Below, one piece after another: positions 26,483-41,377 of a stretch of DNA of 64,000 nucleotides (the first letter of the stretch is position 1; every line of letters begins with the position of its first letter). This DNA is from Lytechinus pictus. Lineage: Eukaryota. Below the pieces are notes generated by a model. That model saw only the letters and a list, made by a program, of their open reading frames with translations. It made no database searches and was not told the DNA's origin. Location: the NCBI RefSeq assembly GCF_037042905.1, contig NC_087251.1, forward strand, positions 22,570,001 through 22,634,000, in the 5' to 3' direction. Made by a program: the position numbers and the translations under genes.

Positions 26483-29419
26483 AAGAGATATTTCATCCCG
26501 ATTGTTGCCGATTTGGTTCATAAAATAAGACTTGATTCTTAAAAATAAAATTATTTTCATTATTAATTATTTGATGGAAATTATAAAAACATTTACATGA
26601 TAATGCATTAAATCTGTGTAACTATGTAAGTGAAGTTGAAAAGTATTCATCTAGGAAAGGCTTTAAAATGTAAAAATACTTCTGGCATCCGAAATTAAAG
26701 TTTATGACAATACGATACCGTCGAACATGATTCTCCTGTTGGCAAGAGCAGCCAAGTAGCATTCACAACACGAACAAGGCTGACTTATTACCCCTTTTGA
26801 AGAGGGAAAATAATGTAAGCGGTACGGTATTTTGAGACGGGGACCCTCAGGGTCGCTTGACGCTTGATAAATATTCAAAGATGCGCCAAATTACGCGTAT
26901 TTCACCTGCCTGTACACAACTGGGATCCACTCGAACGTTCATATTCCCAGATACTGTCTCCTAGGCCAAGACTGCTAAATGACTTTATGATTAATCAAAA
27001 TGATGAACTCTCCATTGATTTGGTGGATAGTCATTCGCATTTGTATTCAATGAATTAAACGAATTTAATGATTCACTTTTATCTAAATCAGACTTCTTAC
27101 AATACGCTCAAAGGAATTTAGAAAAAAAATGAAAACCGGGAACGTCGCTAAAGAGGAAAGAAGGAAACTCGTAGGCAACCTCTTTACCTCCTTCTTCCGG
27201 ATCATCATAGACTTGGATTTCTCTGACTTTCCTGATCCTTGAAAATGTATCGAAATGTTTTAAAGTTGAACCTACGCCTGTCTCATTTTGGGGTCACATA
27301 CATTTGGATTTAAGTGTAAAGATTAAATGAACCTTGAAATTACCCACGGCACCCATTAGCATTTCCCTATAATTACTACCACTTGCGAGTCCCTATCAGA
27401 GGTGTGAAAGTGGTCCTCCTCGCATCTTATAGACCACCAATAATGAATACAATGTTATTCCTTCCCCCATTTCTAGAGATCCGATGGGAATACTAACTCG
27501 TACTGTGGTGATGCACCAAGCGTGTCGAATAGACAATCAGTTCATTTACACTCATTTTTTTTCGTATGTACTCTGTTTCCGGTAATGCTTTTTTCTTTTC
27601 TTCGTTTTTTGCTTGAGCGTTCAAAGCATGGGTAAATTTGAATTTGATACACGGTTATAAAATACAAGGGGTTTATTTTGCTTAAAAACATAAAAAGTAA
27701 AGGTAACTTACTCACCTAGATACACAACCCTTTGTGTGAATGTGTTACATATTTCATTGAGCATTCTACAAGGCGATTTTATAAAAGTTGACAGTACTAT
27801 CTGAATCGTTACCAAGATATTGGAATACTTCACCTAATTATATTGTGTATTTCATTTCTGTTTTATTACGATCATAATCATAACTTAATATATTTGTTTA
27901 ATGGTTGTATTGCACAGCCGTATTCTTGTATCTGGGTCTCCGGTACTGATCACGAATTATGATGGAACTTCGAAAGCTATTTCCGCTCACCCCAACTTTG
28001 CCTCACGAACATGAACCGTGGAAATGTCTTCAGTTTTTAAATCGTTTCACTGGCTATGGGAGATATATTATAGAGATAGTATCATCCCGAATTCTTTTTT
28101 GTTTTAACACTGGAAGTGAGGAGGTTTTGATGATTGATCTCTTCCGTCTTGTCATGTAACATTTTGTCAGATATTGACTGCAGCAACAACAAACATTCTT
28201 CGATGAAATAACGATCTCTTGTCCATGTTTATTGTTTTAAAGTAAAAAGCACAACATGCTGACTTCGTCTGATGCACGAGCGACGGGAAGAGGCTGCGCT
28301 TAATTTGTCCCTATACCCGACATGAGGAAATATCACTTCCCATTATCAGATTAATGTTAATCAACATAAACTTTTTTTATGAAGACACTTTATCAATATT
28401 TTCAATCATTAACTACTACAATTAAATATTTCTTGTGAACATTTCTTATCAGTTATAAAATAAAAAAAATGTTTTAGGCTATGTTTGAACAATAAATCTT
28501 TATATGTTTCCTATACATGTATTTGATGCCTTATTTCGGATGTAGAGATTAGCCTCCCTCAAAGGACAGTGGTATAACACGTTGTTGATGATATCATTTT
28601 CTTCTATCGACAATTTTCAAGCACCCATTGAGTATTACAAGTGGTAACTTTGGGGTTAATGAAGTCTTTTGATTTCCCAGAGTCTGCAATACACCAACGC
28701 ACAGTGAAACTAGAGAACCATCGACAAGAAATGAAGAGCGAGAAGGATTTGAGAAGAGGGGGGAAGGAAAGAGAAGGTGAAAGAGGAGATGGGGGCCGAT
28801 GAAAAAATGACAGTAGTGAGAAGGGGACTTTGACGTCGTGATTACATTTTTGTATCTTCGCTCTTTTATGGATGTGAATACTACTTGAACCTCAATAAAC
28901 AAGAAAAATATGATAATAATAATTGAATTATTATGAATTTTCTTTTTTATTAAACGTCAGAAACCACCTCAGTTGAAGTCCTACATAACGTGATAGATAT
29001 TTTTTTAATTCACAAAATTAAAATTTAGAAAATGGTAAATAGTATTATATTGCGAAGAAAACGGAGAAAAGAAATGACGTACAAGATAAGGTTTGATCTT
29101 AGAATTTGTTTATTAATTACAATTGTAATTAGGTGCCCACTGTTGTTCTTATTTTCAATGTAAATGTGAAGCAAATGATAAGGAAAGGAAATTGTGAAGT
29201 CTTTGCCTTGAAAACTAGAAAATGTGCACCATAGAAACATATTTACACTGTACCCCCACAGCAGTATACCCCGCATGAAGGTTTGATAAAGATATTCATA
29301 TATACCGTAACGCATGATTTGAGACCAATACCAATTTGAATGCGATGCCCGATTTCCTCTCCTGATATTTTAACAAAAAAAAACTATGTCTCTGAAAATG
29401 TACTTCAAATTGATAAAAG

Positions 29420-29696
29420 CAGTGGCGTAATAAACCAAAATAATTGAGGGGGCCAGGCATGGCGAAATGGGCAAAACTTTCTGAAAAGCTGCGAGCGAAG
29501 CGAACGAGCAACTTTTTTTTACATTTTGTACACTAAAATCTAACTTTGTGATAGATTTTGACATAAGATTCAAAAATTGATTTCCCTTTCTTTCCTTTTC
29601 GCCCTTTATCTTATATTATTGGTAGTGAACTTTTTTTTGGGGGGGCGGAGGTCCATGGCCCCAAAGTCCCCCCCCCCCTCCATCTGTACCCCAGTG
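29420..29696. mobile_element. Degenerate short hAT-like element
   Basis: Starts cagtggcgta, ends tac.ccagtg after G/C-run subtermini; flanks gataaaag / gatgaaat (6/8 match). Confidence 0.5.
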
Positions 29697-32600
29697 GATG
29701 AAATGATAATCATCTCTATTTGAATCTTCAAACAACTTTTGATAAGATTAGAAAATGAATAAAGGGATTTAGAAAGTCACATTTGTAAATGTATGTGAAA
29801 TGTTACAAACACCTTTGTGAAACAAAATCTTATCGATAAAGATGTGAAATCTTTGCCCATTTGAGGATGATAGACGATACTGAGATACATAAGACCGCTT
29901 ATTTGGTGACGGTAATGAGACGTAACTGAATATACTCAATGTACATGGGATAAAGACGGGAGAAGAAAGAGACATGAAGAGAGAGAGGGGAGACAAGGGG
30001 GGGGGGCAGAGAAAGCTGATTGAGCTGAGAATGAATCGAAACTATCGGATTGAAAAGAGATAGATATGAATATCAACTGAAGTGTTGGTCAGCATGATCA
30101 ATAATATATCTAAATTTGATTGATTGTTATTATAAATGTTAGAAACACGTGATCTGAAATCAGTTGCAAACTGAGGCAAGATGGATAGCTCTGAAAGAGA
30201 GGAAGAAAGGAAACTCAAAAGTTGTTGATAAAAATCGTCGCCGAAGATTCAACAAACAGTGTAGCGAGTTTTCTCAAGAAGCTCCACTTGACATTTTGGT
30301 GCAGGCGACACAGATCCCAACCAAAGTCATCCAAAAGAACCGATATCCTCCAACTCGATACTAATTGCCATGGTAACCAATGCCAACCCTCGTCGTCTGA
30401 GCCGTCTGCGGCTTTTGTCATTCGTCAAACTACACGTTTTCTAGTCTTCTTCAAAACAAAGGATGATCACGTTTAATGATCGGTATATCTCTTACAAACT
30501 GCTTTTGTGTAATATTAATCACGATGATCAGCCTAATTCAAACTTTGAATGCATGACTCCTTGAAAAGAAGTTCAATGCACCATCATTTATTTCCCCTGT
30601 CTTTTGTGGCCATCATCATTGTCTTGGTCGTTAGATTCTGTTTTTACTGTTGTTGTTTTGTAGGATTTCCAGGTTCGTTTCTCCGTTTTATATTTTCCTG
30701 CTTCTCATCGTCTGTTCTTGAGATAAAAAGGAAGAGAGTCCTTACCCCAATCCCGACCCCGGAAAAATAGAGGTGTTTGGAGTCGATAGGGAACCCCGTG
30801 AACGGTTGATCTGGCTTGAAGGAGGGGTGTTTGAATATTCATAAGGTGTTTTCAAGAAGGGTACTCCATGGAGTGAGATTGAGATAGTCAGTAAAGTGAG
30901 ACGAGTGAGACATCACCGATAGGGCCTAGTAGGGGGCTCTTTGGAGATCCTATAAGCCAAAGAGAGGGTATCTCCCCCTTATTTATTCTATTTCATTTCT
31001 AATACTTAAAGCGATCCCCTATCCTTCCGCCTTCATACTTAATTGTTTCTCCTTTTCCTGTCATAACTGTTTTCCTTCGATCTTCCAACTCCAAGAAATG
31101 CAACGACAATGATAATAACAAAATGAACAAACAAAAATACAAGGAGGTGGGTGTACCGTGTAAATTTAAATAAAAAAATAAGGTCCACTTCCACATTTTT
31201 ATTACATGAATTTCTGATATTCATTTTGATTATGGGCTGTTGGTGATATTTCAATCTGGTTATCATCAAGTTTTTACCGAATGTTATTTTGAAACACGAA
31301 GATTTTTTTTAATCGAAAATCAATAATGTTACCTATTTCATGTTTGTTTTCATTTGTGAAGAAAATATCCAAAATTTAATCTTTGAATCATTTTGTATTG
31401 AATCGACCTGTCTGTTTTAATGTAATTAATCTCATTACCTTTTCACTTCACATACTATATAGAATTAAATATTAGTTTATTAATGTATCTGTTTTTGTTG
31501 TTAATCACTCAATTATTATTCGGTGAAATATTCATTCATTTGGCTACGTATGTTTTTTTTTTTATTATTATTCAAAATAATCAAATTGACATTCGTATAG
31601 GTCAATTTAAAACTAACCTTTGTCTTTCATTTACATTCTGACCACGTACAATAGTCAATACGCTTAATAATTTTTTTTATATTAAACTCCCAAACTGACT
31701 TTAAGGATACTGCTAATGCTATGTAGGTTGGTTTTATACCAAACCAACGTCTGTTTTACAGATGCTGTTATTATTTTCAGACGTCACGTGTGGCCTTGGC
31801 ATTGATCTTTAAGGATCTTGGGATGGGGAAAATATTTGTCCCAGGGGCGATATAATCAATGTCATCTTTCCGCACGGATTACAAGTTTACAAGCTTCACA
31901 ATGTTTTGAAGTGACGTTGAAGAAGCGATCGTCTTATCCTGTCCAAGCCTATGTTTTTAGTGCCTTTGAGAAGTACTTCACAGTCAAAAATGATAAATAC
32001 AGAGGAAACTATGTATATTGATGATGAAAAGTGATGTAAGTGAAGGGGCATAATCACTAATATTTTCCTCGATTTGTTCCTACCCCTTCCTAAATATCAT
32101 AAAACTGCTCCGCTGTCGGGGCTGCATTAGTATATTTTTTAAAGCCCATGGTAAAGTGTATTCATAATCTTCAACAGTTATTATTAACGGTTTTCATTAA
32201 GTCCACATCGTTTTTAGGACTCCCCAGTGTTAATTCTAAATCACTTTAAATCCGTTATACATGTAGCTCATTCCCGGGAGCTCATTCTTCTGTGTTCTCA
32301 CTCAGTCTTATTAAAAGACGGAGGTACTTTGAGCAGACAAAAAAAAGGCTAAAGCACCAACCTCATCTCACCCACTTTAGCAATAGGTTAATAACTCTGT
32401 TCGCACTCAGAGTGGGCCCACATTGCAGCATTGTGACAAGAGTATCCTTCACATTTAAGCCAGCCCATGCAAGCCCGATCATGAAATATAGCTTTCACAA
32501 ACCGAATTCAATGTACCCTTTCACAGACCATGTAATAACATTTTGTACAAACGAGAAAAATTCCGGTGTTAATATCCCTTTTAACTAGGTCTATAAATAA

Positions 32601-35186
32601 AAAAAGTAAAATATCAAACATATTCCTTAATCAATAGTGTTACTTACATTGCCTTTCTATCATCTGGCGATAACCACCCTCAAATTGGATAAAAATAATT
32701 CTAGGGTGGTCATAAAAAACACGAATTCACCCATCCCTCCCCCACCCCAACCCACTCACAATCTCAACCAATCCTCGTGTCGACAAAACGTTGTCAGAAG
32801 GCTAGGGATGCCCTGTGGTCAGAAGATGGCGCAATCACGAGTCCAAGAAAGTACCAGGCGGTGTTGTTGTGACAGTTGGGATGTAGTTTTTACCCGGAAG
32901 GGGTTCTCCTACTACCAAACCATATCAAGCTGCTCTCGAGATCGTGACTGCGAACTAAAACGGAAACGACATCGAATAATCCCATTTCGCATGATGATGA
33001 CGGTGATGATGTCCGAAGGGTAAAATTGTGAGAATCCTCAGAAGAGGGCGGTGCCATGGTACTCTGAGGGACATGCAAGACGATCTAGCAACGACGTCAT
33101 TTTATTTCTTCAATGAATATTCTCGAGTTACACGAGCATGGCAACACGTATAGGCCTATACCCTTCTTTTATGCTCTTCCCCTCCTCCTCCTTTTTTCAA
33201 TGCTTGAAAAAAGGGGTTGCACCCCCCCTGCGCCCCCTCCCCCCGTATTACCGCCCCTACCCATCGGATCTATAGTTTATGCCATCATGTCACCATGTTA
33301 TGCTACCTCAGGTTCAGGAGATGATTTTCTTTCCCTGCAAGGGTGTTTCTCTCATTCTAAAGGCCTGTCATGTTGTGTTCCATGTGACATTCTTTTACCG
33401 GAGGGAATTTCATTATTTTCTTAAAGAGAAAAACAAGATGATTCTCAATCTGGTGACTACCGAATTCTGTAAATTCACATATGTTTTGTACAGTATCTAT
33501 CCAGTACTATTATGCACTGGATTAAAAAAATATGCAGCCTGTTGTGCATATAAAAAATATGTAGGCCTACTGCACATGCATGTTTCGATCAATATAGAAA
33601 TGGATAATTATCTGTTTCCATCGTCACTTCAGTAGTTGTGGTCGTAACCAAGGATTTGAGAAATAGTGACCCGACATTTTGCTCTTGCTTCGAGTTTTCT
33701 CTGGAAATGAAGGGCAATGAATATGGCAAAGTTTCAAAGTTTTTTTTACTCTAAATAATATAAGGATATCAATTAGGCCATCTTGGGGTTAGTGGTAGGT
33801 TATGGTCGGTTGATATGATATACAGATTTACATGATGGACTAATCGTCGCCGGAATATTAATCTAACCAATATTATGTATATTTCAACAATTAAATTCAT
33901 CATTCGTTAATAATAGCTTAACAATTAGTCCAGTTTGCCATTTCAAGAGAAGTATGCACTCTTAAAAATGTTGGGCCAAATACGGTCTACACAACAATTT
34001 GTTAAAACTTTATCCAATTCTGGGTATTTTTAAACCAATAATATGTGCTTTGGGTGAAAACTACACAGTATTGGTTGAAAACTACCCAGAGTTTAATAAT
34101 TTTTTTAACCAATTGTTGTGTGGACAGTATGTTGCCCAAAAGTGTGTATAAAGAAGAAGGATACTAAACATTGGTGACTGATATTTGTACAGTAGCCTGT
34201 AAGAGAAACTCAAACATGACTGTCACTGTCTAAAATAAAAACAGCGCGTATTAAAATAATGTCCTTTAATTTATGTTGTGGTCATAAGACAAGACGACAT
34301 TACCACAAAAGGAATGATTTTCGTTTTTCACATTAACAGATACTCAGATTACTTCTTCTGCTTTTTAATGAAATGGGTATAAAATTATCTGATCCAGATT
34401 TTCTTGCTGAGTGGGTTACACGACACCAGATGGAATATAAAGCTCGAACTAGGGAATGCTCGTCATTGCATGGACAGGGAAATAAAATAAAAGCTATGAA
34501 ATCTATACATATCTGGTTTGTTCTCTTTATTGTTGTTTTTAAATTCATCTCGTTATTTCCTGTTGCCTGATATCTTTTGCTTCTCCTGAGTATGGAATAT
34601 CATTGATCCGTCTTCTGGAAGAAGGTTCATGTGACGATGTGATTTAGTTATGTTCTCCCTGATCAAAAGTAATTATAGCCAGCATGAACAAGCAGAATAG
34701 CAATTTTTTTTTTCTTTTTAGAAGTGTAGCCATAGAACTTCTGGCCTCCTTAACCTTTATGAAATACAGAGAGAGGAGTTGTGATGTTGGGGTGAGAAGG
34801 AGCGAAGATAGTGTATTGGCTAGATTATTATATGTCCGTAGCTCTTGTTTGATATATGATAATCATTTATAGGTATAAAAAGAAATTATATTTATTCAAT
34901 TTCATTAGTACACTTTTATGTTTATCTCTCTCTCTCTTTCTCCCTCTCTATCTTTGCCCCTCTCTACCTCTTTTTGCCTCTACTTCATTCACTCTATATG
35001 TCAGTATTTTTGTTATTATCATATCTTACTCATTCTTTCGAATCGTTAAAAAAAAAATCAGAGTGGCCTTTTACCCACAAACTGAAATTAAGCTATAATA
35101 ACGATTTAACTATACTTATCATCTACACTTTACACGTTCGAATCGTTATTAACATCAACGAAATTTCAATCTGTTTTATCTTTCAG

Positions 35187-35258
35187 ATATATCGATGATA
35201 CAGATATTGAAGTGATCCGGAAGACTGATTTCCTAAATTTGCCGATGCTGAAATTAAT
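35187..35258 (+). CDS. Glycoprotein hormone receptor (TSHR/LHCGR/FSHR-like), LRR exon (first visible; equivalent to vertebrate exon 2)
   Basis: tttcag|A..AT|gtaag, 72 nt, phase 2-2; YIDDTDIEVIRKTDFLNLPMLKL, one LRR. Confidence 0.85.
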
Positions 35259-35583
35259 GTAAGTAGAGAATGCCATTTTTTAAATTTCATAAACACCAAT
35301 ATATCGGAAAACCATATTGCCTCTACGGAAATGATCGGTGTGTCAGAAGCAGTTTGAATACTCGTTCGACTAGCTATTGGTGCAAAAAATAATTTCCCCT
35401 TTATGACGCTGAGCACGCTTTGAGCAAATTATATCATGTGTGGTGTGCAAATATAAATACCAGACGATTTTATACATGTACTGTATATCTATTGGAATGA
35501 CATAAATCCTCAAATTGTTTATCGATAAAAATGGCGTGGAATTGATTGCCTTCAGTTCCGTATTCTTCTTACATTTTTAACAG

Positions 35584-35655
35584 ATCCATCAAAAACAGTG
35601 ACAAACTGGAAGTCATCGAGGAAGGGGCGTTCACCAAAAGTCAACTAATTCTAAT
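35584..35655 (+). CDS. Glycoprotein hormone receptor LRR exon (equivalent to exon 3)
   Basis: aacag|..|gtaag, 72 nt, phase 2-2; SIKNSDKLEVIEEGAFTKSQLIL. Confidence 0.88.
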
Positions 35656-36818
35656 GTAAGTGATGTTCACCTTCATTTGAATCTAGGTTATTTACTTAGA
35701 GCTGAATTTCCTGGTGAAAGCGATACCCTAATCACACTTAATAAACCATTTACTCTCCTAGAAATCAGAGACATTAAGCAATGGCAGATTGAAGATAATT
35801 GATATTTGTCTTTTTTTGGTGGTTACTAAATAAATTTGTGAAAATTGTTTCCGATTGACATGCACTTTCTTTTATTGTAGAACTTGGTTTATGATATTAG
35901 GTATTCAACTTTATGTTTTTCAAAATACAAATATTCCATTGTTAAAAAAGATTAATGTGTGAAGTGAATTGCACAATTCATCAAATATGTAATGTAATTT
36001 AGCTGCTAAGAAGGTGTTTATTCTTTTATATACTAAATTTTTCGACGCAAATACGTCTTTTTTAGGGCTGGTCGTGGAAAAAGAGATAAAAGAAACTAAA
36101 AAAAAAACCTGAACGAGACGAATTATCACCGAAAATTTTATATCAGTATACAGTATTTATGATATGGTAATGCCTCACCTAGTTTTGTTTAGCTTTTATT
36201 GTTCTTTATTTCATATGTTTATTCCTTTTTATTTCTCGACTCGTTTGCTGTATCTACTCATTAAATTTGGAAAGACAAGATGAGCTTCGGAGGAATTAAG
36301 GGGTGTCATTCTCTTTGAATTTCTTCATTGATTTCCTTCAGGGTAATTTCTTGGCCTGATTATTCTTGGCTATCGATGTTGTCTTTGCCTTATTTCTTCT
36401 ACCTTTCTCTTCTCTCTGTGATGTCCTATTTTCACCCTCATTCTCATAACCATTAAAAGATTCCAGGAATGCCTGACTAATTGGACTTCTATTTTCTGGT
36501 AGATTGATTTCATCCTCTTTTTTCTTGGAAGAGGCAAATTAAAGCAAAGTTTCTACAAAATTCATGAAATACATGATTTAAATGCTTTATTTTGCATATG
36601 AATTTTGAATGCTTTCTTTGTTATTAATTCATTTGTATTTAGTGATTTAATGATTTATTTTATTTGGGGCGAAAGTCTTCCTCTTAACTTTTGTCTTTTT
36701 TTGTCTGTCTCCTTTTCTCTCACTTTCTCTATCTCTCTTACCCAGTTTGTTCGTTTATGTATTCTAGTGCATTTTTTTGTTGACTCATTCTCTTATTGAA
36801 ATTCATTTCCTTCCTCAG

Positions 36819-36890
36819 AGAATTAGACAATCTCCCGCTGAAGATGCCGTTACCGAAAATTATCGGAGAACTACCACACCTTACCCAGCT
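36819..36890 (+). CDS. Glycoprotein hormone receptor LRR exon (equivalent to exon 4)
   Basis: cctcag|..|gtaag, 72 nt, phase 2-2; ELDNLPLKMPLPKIIGELPHLTQL. Confidence 0.82.
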
Positions 36891-38181
36891 GTAAGTATAT
36901 TATCAGGACCTTCGTTATAAGTAATACATCACTTCATTAACAGCCGAACAGTCACTAAAAGTCGAAATTAACTAACGTTTATCATCATCACGTTGGAATA
37001 AAGAATAAATGATGATATATTGAAATTTATAAGTAAATGAATACATCAATAAATAAATATATATATATATATATATATATACATAAACACACATTGTAAT
37101 TCTCACTATTTATATTAGACAGAACTTTGTGAAACCAAAAAGCTTTCCAAGGTGAAACTTAACTCAATACAATGACATCCCTTTGGAGCTATGAGATCAT
37201 GAAAATTCTTTTTTCACTTCCAAACATATTCATATTCATTTTCCAAGGGACAAGCCTTGCAAAATGTGCCCTTTTTTGTGCGTGTGTGAGGGTGTCATAG
37301 TGTACGGTGTAATGATAATGATGTGTATGTGGTGACGATATCTGGGGTAGATTTGGGCGGGTCGACCCTTGCTTTATGTGTGTTTGTGTTCGAGAGAGGG
37401 CGAGAGAGGGAGAGAAAGAAAGTGAGAGGGAGAGAGAGGGGCGAATGCGTTTATATATTTTCTTAACCCCCCCCCCCTCGTGTTCATTTTATGAAACGCT
37501 ACATCATTGCTTTAAGAGATATTTTCTTAAATTTCCCTTTGGATTTATTATGAAAAAGCAGTCCAAAATTATATTTTGTTAAAGTGACTGAATGAATTTC
37601 TGCGTATTACAAAATGTTGGCTACTTTTATCTTGCGAATTTCCTTTCAAACATCGTGGATTTCTTGCAAACCAGTGCACGATATGGATGGGAAAATCTTA
37701 AGGAATTCGTGTACAAAATAACACAAATACATATCTCTTGTTGTAATTTGATATTTGTAATTAGGCAAATGAGGAAGGTAATATAATTACATCAGAGTAG
37801 AATTCATATTCCCGTTAGATTTTAATTTATTCCATCAAAAGCTCCTTCTAAGTGTCTGCCCTGCAAATCATCATCAATTCTTCCCCTACATCAACCGACT
37901 ATACACCCACACTCCAGCTGCATTGATATCACATAACATGTAGAAAATGGGATATACGTACCAGGAGAGTTTCATGTAATAACGTATAAACTGAGTTGAA
38001 AAAAGAATTTTTACCAGGATGCCTTAGCTATTTTTCTACTCTAATTATCGTAGTATCCTTTGAATAAATGCTGAAAGATTAATAAGAGTTATAGCGGGTT
38101 TGTGATACATATATTATATTTGCTTTTAAAGCAAATGATTTGTTCTCAAATCGCTTATTTAAATATTTCTTATGGTTTTAG

Positions 38182-38262
38182 ACAAATTACACGATGCAAC
38201 CTGAATGCTGTCCCGAATATGACATCCTTGACTATTGATGAGTCGCAAGTTCTCCTTAAGGT
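38182..38262 (+). CDS. Glycoprotein hormone receptor LRR exon (equivalent to exon 5)
   Basis: ttttag|..|gtaag, 81 nt, phase 2-2; QITRCNLNAVPNMTSLTIDESQVLLKV. Confidence 0.85.
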
Positions 38263-38981
38263 GTAAGTATACCTTCAGAGTTTTGCTTTGTTTTCTTTCT
38301 CATCCATCAATTTATTGTGAAAATATAATTCATTCATGATGTACAAAGTTTAGATCTCTCCGCTGAGGATAGCAGAGGTGTATTAATTCGCTACTTGACC
38401 AGACATCCTTTTTTTTAAGTAAACTTGGTCTGGCTGTACTCCGAGACATTAGCAAATGGAGATGATCTTGATCGTGGGAGATTTGGGCGAGCACAAATTT
38501 TACCAATATATTTGTTCGGAAACAAATATTCCTCAACAAAGAGTGGGTTTTTATCTTCATACATTATGGAGATATATGATTAAGATATAGATGCTAAAAT
38601 GGAAATTCTTGGTTTCATTAACAGCAAAAAGGTATAGGATTAATCCCATTTGGGCAAAGTTTCCATATTTCAATAAAAATATTGTAAACACTTTAGCGGA
38701 CTCTGCGGACTTACCACAAAACTCGTTTAAGGTTGATTGATATATCAAAATGCAACGAATGTATACTATATATTTCTAATTTTCGAAACGTACGATGTGC
38801 TCTAATTCCACCCTTCCTCATTTCCAGAAAAATGCAATTCAATGTGTCTTACTTCTATAATAGGCAATTTCGATTTACTGGAGCTCCCTAATGAAAAGGA
38901 AAATTATACTTGGTCATGTTCCACTTCTCTCTAAGCTTGGCCGTACAATGTTCATTTTCGTGTCATCAGTTTACCTAGTTA

Positions 38982-39147
38982 TACCTCGGTCACATTTGCT
39001 CTACGGTGGCCGTACGGCGAGCCGAAGACAGCCGTTTTATTCATTTTTATTCAAACAAGCTATGTATATATAGCTGGTACAAAAAAGGTTAAAACGGCTG
39101 TTTCCGACTCGCCGTACGACCGCCGTAGAGTAAATGTGACCGAGGTA
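38982..39147. mobile_element. PIF/Harbinger-like MITE, copy 2 (intronic)
   Basis: TIRs tacctcggtcacattt / aaatgtgaccgaggta; TSD tta. Confidence 0.85.
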
Positions 39148-39366
39148 TTAGTCACAGACTATTCAAACATTTCATTTGTCTTGCGAATATTTTCGACCAT
39201 TCGACTAGAAACTTTTGCACACGATCGCAACGGTTGAAAATAGTCGCAATTTAAAAAAACATTAAACAGCATTCATATTACTTGAAGGATGAATATTTTA
39301 TTATATTCTGATCATTATCATGACTCTAAATAGAGATGATTCTGTACGTATTAGTTTTATCATTAA

Positions 39367-39970
39367 AGGGATGGTCCGGGCTGAAAATATTTATATCGAA
39401 ATAAATAGAGTAAAATTCACAAAGCAAAATGCTGAAAATTTCATCGAAATCGGATAACAAATAGCGAAGTTATTGAATTTTAAAGTTTAGCAATATTTTG
39501 TGAAAACAGTTATATGCACATCGTCATGAATATTCATTAGGTGGGCTGATGATGTCACAGCCCCACTTTCCCTTTTCTTATGTTATTACATGAAATCATA
39601 AATGTTTCATTTTTTCATACATGTGTAAATGATGTGTCTCCATTATGATGAAATAAGTTGCGGCAATTAATAACTAATGCACTTAATCAGTTGTCAATCC
39701 AATTGTTTTAGTTCTTGGTAGATCATTTTTTAATAAACCTAATTTCATATAATAAAATACAAAATAACAAGTGTGGATATGACATCATCAGCCCACCTAA
39801 TGAATATTCATAAAGATTTGCCTAGAACTGTTTCACTAGAATAATGCAAATCTTTAAAATTCAATAACTTCGTTATTTGTCATCAGATTTTGAACAGATT
39901 TTCAGCATTTTGCTCTGTGAATTTTACTCTATTTATTGAGATATAAATATATCCAGCCTGGACCATCCCT
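39367..39970. mobile_element. TTAA-flanked non-autonomous DNA transposon (Kolobok-like), copy 1
   Basis: ttaa|agggatggtcc...ggaccatccct|ttaa with long imperfect TIRs; closely similar copy at 54569-55144. Confidence 0.85.
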
Positions 39971-40080
39971 TTAAGAGTAATGTGAAGGTGAATTTAATAA
40001 CTTTGTATTGAGTCGACTCTAATATCGGTAAAATCAAACAAGCATAACATTTAGTGTTTATTAAATTCTTTGTCTTACAG

Positions 40081-40149
40081 GGATTTGTCCTGGAACAACC
40101 TGAGAGTTTTGGAACCTGGGGCTTTCAAGGGTCTCCGGATTCACAAACT
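40081..40149 (+). CDS. Glycoprotein hormone receptor LRR exon (equivalent to exon 6)
   Basis: ttacag|..|gtgag, 69 nt, phase 2-2; DLSWNNLRVLEPGAFKGLRIHKL, canonical LRR. Confidence 0.9.
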
Positions 40150-41215
40150 GTGAGTATGTTGACATGTTTGGGTATTCAAATGCTGTCAATAAATTATGAA
40201 TAATTCATCCAAAGATTGTCTGAAGAGATAGATAAATAAAAACTTCCCTTTTCTGGGTGGTAGGTTAAAAGTAGCTTGGAACGTGAACAAAAACCGTCTC
40301 AAGCATGCGCATTTGTCACCCACTCAATAGGGACACGAAGTTTTCAGTTGAGCACCGCTCAATCTTGGTCCCTGAATTATTTTTGTTTGATCTCTGTTGT
40401 GAATGATAAAGGAGAAAACAAGAAAGACGGAACGCATTGACGTTCCCGTATGCGTAGAAACAGTTTTTGAGTGAACTTTGGGCTTGGACTTTTCTCCAGG
40501 CTACCATCGTGTGATTAGAAGCCTCCTATTGCATGGCAACATTCATGTCAAAATTGTTCAAACATACAGTTAACTGTCTGATTAACTCAAAAGCAACAAG
40601 TACTTTTAAAGTGATAATTGTGATAACCAATCGAAATATCTCTTTAGCAATTTATATTCCATTATCAAACTTTAAGGCAGATCATAGATAGTATGTCTCC
40701 ATGGTAGGACTGGTCAATCGATAAAAAATAGAAGCAATATCCTTCATATTTGAATGTATCTCTCTTTGGAGTATTTAACATCAAATAGGTCATAGCCCTT
40801 CTCTGAGGCCTTTCAACGTTTAGTGTTTTCTCTTGATAAGCACTTAGCAACAATCACTCAAATCCAATGTGGTCGTGGAGAACAGTTCGTTTTAAATAAC
40901 AGCTTTCTCAAGCGCCCACTTCATCCCTGCTTCTGAATGTCAACTGCATGTTTACAATGATTGTTCGATATTGACCTACTACTCACTGATGAAAAAAAAT
41001 ATTGATCTGTATTCCAGACTCATGCCACTCTATACATTAATTCGATTTTCGGTGTTTGTGTTTGACTTGAATATCGTCCCCGCTGAGTGGAGAATGCGCA
41101 TGTATGCAAGGATTACATGGTTGATCAAGATTTCAACTCCTGATATGAGGAAAAATGATGATAAATCGGCTTGCAATTCCTCCATGAACAGATATCATGT
41201 GGCCCGTTTATTAAA

Positions 41216-41377
41216 CAGGGGCCGTGGAACGGTTTTGAAAGTGGGGGGGGGGGGCTGATCATGCACAAATTCGTAATCAGATGATAATTTTTACGTTTTT
41301 GTACATGGTTTTAGGAAAAAAGTGCGGGGATTGAAGCACCCGCAGCCCCCCCCCCCCCCCTGTTTCCGCGGCCCCTG
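41216..41377. mobile_element. Short hAT-like MITE
   Basis: TIRs caggggccg.ggaa / ttccgcggcccctg with G/C-run subtermini; TSD not evident. Confidence 0.5.

Noticed and set aside
32637..33635. Cys-containing ORFs as candidate receptor exon 1
   Set aside because: No convincing signal peptide plus Cys-box pattern and no phase-2 donor before the stops.
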